Assembly: GCF_009914755.1 (NCBI RefSeq)
Contig: NC_060930.1
Source: the human T2T-CHM13v2.0 reference genome, Homo sapiens
Length of the DNA stretch: 64,000 nucleotides
Strand: one strand, 5' to 3'
The notes beneath the pieces are model-generated. The model was not told the DNA's origin. It did not search any database and saw only the letters and a list, made by a program, of their open reading frames with translations. The position numbers and the translations under genes were made by a program. This document shows positions 60,456 through 64,000 of this stretch, in pieces. Position 1 is the first letter of the stretch; each line of letters begins with the position of its first letter.

Positions 60456-60877
60456 TAATGCTTAGTAAGATCATAATACTTGTGAGTGCAGTGTATAACA
60501 CTTGCATGAAGCTCCTCGTACGTACACAATGCTGTTCAATTCACATTAATGTGAACTTGGAGCACATGCTTGATTCAGTTAACAACTAGTGGTAATATCA
60601 AGTGCTTGAAGCAGCTGTTAACAATTATTGTTGATAGAGGAAGTATGCTTACATTATCAATACTCTTACCTTAGCACGGCCATCATAGTCTCTGTGCTCA
60701 GCATTACTCCATCTGGTCACCCACAAGCAGACTGTACTAGAGGACTAATGCTGCCAATAATCTAAAGGCTGATTCTTGATGACAAGTGAGAAAATAGTCT
60801 GAGAAAAAACAAATTCTTAAGGGACTTGTACTGTACTCTCTGTTCTGTGTGCTCCTTTTGGAAAAAAGATTAAACAC

Positions 60878-61182
60878 TTTTTTTTTTTTTTTTTTTTTTT
60901 GAGAAGGAGTCTCGCTCTTTCACCCAGGCTGGAGTGCAGTGGCACGATCTCGGCTCACTGCAGGCTCCACCCCCTGGGGTTCATGCCATTCTCCTGCCTC
61001 AGCCTCCCACGTAGCTGGGACTACAGGCGCCCGCTACCTCGCCCGGCTAATTTTTTGTATCTTTAGTAGAGATGGGGTTTCACTGTGTTAGCCAGGATGG
61101 TCTTGATCTCCTGACCTCGTGATCCGCCCGCCTCGGCCTCCCAAAGTGCTGGGATTATAGGCGTGAGCCACCGCGCCCGGCC
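60878..61182 (-). mobile_element. AluY
   Basis: CpG-rich reverse Alu, TSD TAAACACTTTT. Confidence 0.95.
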
Positions 61183-61355
61183 TAAACACTTTTTTTTTAA
61201 CTTTTTATTTTGAAATAATTTTAGGATAACAGAGAAGTTGCAAAAATAGTGCAGAGAGTTCCTGTATAGCCTTCAGCCACTTGCTCTTGCCTTAACAGTT
61301 TATATACCTTTGGCACTATTATCAAAACCAGGAAATTAACATTGATACAATACTA

Positions 61356-61656
61356 TTTTTTTTTTTTTTTTTTGAGACAGGGTCTCACTCTGTCCCCCAG
61401 GCCAGAGTGCAGTGGTGCAATCTCAGCTCACTGTGGCCTTGACCTCCTGGGCTCAATTGATCCTCTCACCTCAGCCTCCCTAGTAGCCAGGACCACAGGC
61501 ACATGCTGCCATGCCTGACTTATTTTTGTATTTTTCATGTAGAGATGCGGTTTTGCCACACTGCCTGGGGTGATCTCAAACTCCTAGGCTCAAGCAATCC
61601 TCCCACCTCAGCCTCCCAAAGTGCTGGTATTATAGATGTGAGTCACCACACCTGAC
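61356..61656 (-). mobile_element. AluJ
   Basis: Reverse Alu, TSD ACAATACTATT. Confidence 0.93.
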
Positions 61657-62505
61657 TTTGACACAATACTATTAACTAATCTATGGACATTATTTGAATT
61701 TCACCAGTTTTCCTACCAATGTCCTTTTTCTGATCAAGGATCCCTCATTATAATTAGTTGTCATGTCGCCTTAGTCTCTTCCAGTATGTAACTAGTATTT
61801 CTTTATTTCTCACGACCTTCACCCTTTTGAGGAGTATTGGTCAGGTTTTTGTACAATGTCTTTTATTTGAGGTTCACTGACGTCTTCTTGTGATTAGGTT
61901 GAGGTTGTGCATTTTTGGCAAGAACACCACAGTGTGATGCTGTGTCCTTCTCAGGGCATCCTATCAGGAGGTACATGATGCTGATGTGTCTTCTTACTAG
62001 TGATGCTTACCTTGATCATTTGGTTGAGGGGGTGTCTGCCACATTCCTTCACTGTAAAATTACTGTTTTCTCCTTGTAGTTAGTAAATATCTTGTGGGGA
62101 GACAGTTTGAAAACCATCCACATATATCCTGTTTCTCCTCATTCTTTTGCCTACTTTAGCAGTCATTGATGGTCCTTGCCTGCAATAATTATTACTGTGG
62201 TGTTTGCCTACTGGTGATTTTCTGTTTTCCTCATTCATTTTTATTTATCAGTCGCAATTCTACTATAACAAAAAGGTGATCTTTCTCGTCCATATATTTA
62301 TTTATTCAATTATTTATATTAATATGGACTCACGGATGCTTATTTTATTCTATAATCTATAATCCAATATGATCATTATTTTATTGTTCAGATTGTTCTG
62401 GCTTGGACTGTTTGGAACATTTTCAGGTTGGCTCTAGTGTCCTTTCAATAAATCTCCATCCTTTTTGACACTTTCTTATTTCTGGCATCACAAGGTGTTC
62501 CAGGT

Positions 62506-62798
62506 ATTTATTTATTTATTTATGACATGGGGTCTCGCTCTGTCGCTCAAGCTGGAGTACAGCAGTGCAATCATAGCTCACTGTAGCCTCTATCTCCTGG
62601 GCTCAAGCAATCCTCCCACCTCAGCCTCCCAAGTAGCTATGGGCATGCACCACTATGTCTGCCTAATTTATTTTTATTTTTTTAGAGACAGGGTCTTGAT
62701 ATTTTGGCCAGGCTGGTCTCAAACTCCTGGCCTCAAGCAATCCTCTTGCCTTGGCCTCACGAAGCCTTAGGATTACAGGGGTGAGACACCATGCCCAA
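62506..62798 (-). mobile_element. AluJ
   Basis: Reverse Alu. Confidence 0.92.
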
Positions 62799-62941
62799 CT
62801 ACAATCTTATCTTTTATTTCCCCTGCCCCCAGCCCGGAATCAACCACTTCTCCAAGGAAACCCAATTCCTTTTATTGAAGAATGGCATTTAGAAACCAAG
62901 ATTTGGGTCTTCTCAGTAGACAGATCTAGGAAATGAACGTA

Positions 62942-63277
62942 CAATCATGTACGGTATAATAACATTTCAGTCAAGGATGGATCGCATATATTACAGTGGT
63001 CCCATAAGATTGTAATACTATATTTTACTATACCTTTTGTATGTTCAGACACACAAACACTTACCACTGTGTTAAAATTGCCTACAATATTCAGTTTAGT
63101 AACACACCATACAAATTTGTAGCCCGGGAGCAACAGGCCATACCATAAGGCCTGCGCATCTAGTAGGCTCTGCCATCTAGGTTTGTGTAAGTCCACTCTA
63201 GGATGTTTGCAGAATGACAAAATTGCCTAAGGACGCATGTCTCAGAACATAGCCCTGTCATTAAGCAATGCATATTG
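62942..63277 (+). mobile_element. Tigger3 (Golem) non-autonomous element
   Basis: TA target duplication, degenerate TIRs CAATCATG / CATATTG, core GTGGTCCCATAAGATTGTAATAC. Confidence 0.85.
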
Positions 63278-64000
63278 TACTAGCGATGGTATACTTTTTA
63301 AAATTTGTGGTCTTCTTTCGCATGTCTTCTGAAATGGCAGGTTAACTATAGTATCTTGCATCTGAAAGGAATTTTTATCAGGGGCATTTGAAGACCGTCT
63401 GTTTTTCATGTAATTTCTTTATATCTTAATGGCATAACAAAATCTTTCAGGACATCTGAAAATTTGATGGAGTTGTTGAATGACTGACATCACTTCATTT
63501 TGTCCACATAATTCATCATTTGTATATTGGTATACAGTGTATATGGACTTATCTTATCCTGAGGGAAATACAAAAAGTACTGTCTATGTAATTCTCTTCT
63601 AAAAATTCCACTTTTCAAAAATAAATGTTTTCAAACAGTAACTTCAGTTGAAATCAGAAACTCCTAGTGGCCTCAAAGAAACCAATTTCATGGTGGAAGA
63701 ACAAAGTCCTTTCTTTAGCAAACACTTTTAATAAAAAATGTGCCTTGTTCTGCACATGGTTGATCACAGCAGTGTCCATCCCTGGGACACTCGTGCAAGG
63801 ACAGCTCCCTCTCTGCAACCTCCCTGCTGTTCTCCCTAAACCTAACAGAGTTTCACCTACAGTTACTTTTGCTTTTTAAACTTTCTATTCTGGAAGAATT
63901 TTAGATTCATGGAAACATTGCAAAGATAGTACAAAGAATTCCTGTATACCATCCACACAGCTCTTCCTAATATATCTTACATAACTATGGCATGTTTTTC

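Larger units (their letters stand above)
61195..62915 (-). mobile_element. Old L1MC/ME 3' region with nested Alus
   Basis: TTTTATTTTGAAATAATTTTAG..CAGAGAAGTTGCAAAAATAGT, TTTTGGCAAGAACACCACAG, GGCATTTAGAAACCAAGAT. Confidence 0.8.

Overview
Primate (human-like) genomic DNA recognisable as the MAP7 / MAP3K5 locus (human chr6q23, assigned from memory of the protein sequences). Both genes are on the minus strand. The right part holds the last five coding exons of MAP3K5 (ASK1; C-terminal coiled coil and SAM region), its ~0.7 kb 3' UTR and an ATTAAA poly(A) signal. About 6 kb further left is the CpG-island promoter and canonical first exon of MAP7 (MAELGAGG...). An alternative first coding exon (MPGSATALRH...) lies ~24 kb inside MAP7 intron 1. 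The rest is intronic or intergenic and rich in repeats: ~33 Alus, L1/L2/MIR fragments, Tigger1, Tigger3, MER3/MER5 and solo LTRs of MST, MLT2, MER57, MER4 and other ERV1 type. There is also a decayed 7SK retrocopy. Nearly all entries in the ORF track are repeat-derived or GC-rich artefacts. I find no well-supported new biological system. The best leads are a 129-nt stop-containing candidate cassette (poison) exon in MAP3K5, frame-compatible MAP3K5-to-MAP7 read-through, a six-site CAGGTG E-box cluster in the MAP7 promoter, and the splice and repeat layout of the alternative MAP7 promoter. Repeat boundaries and subfamilies were read by eye and are approximate.
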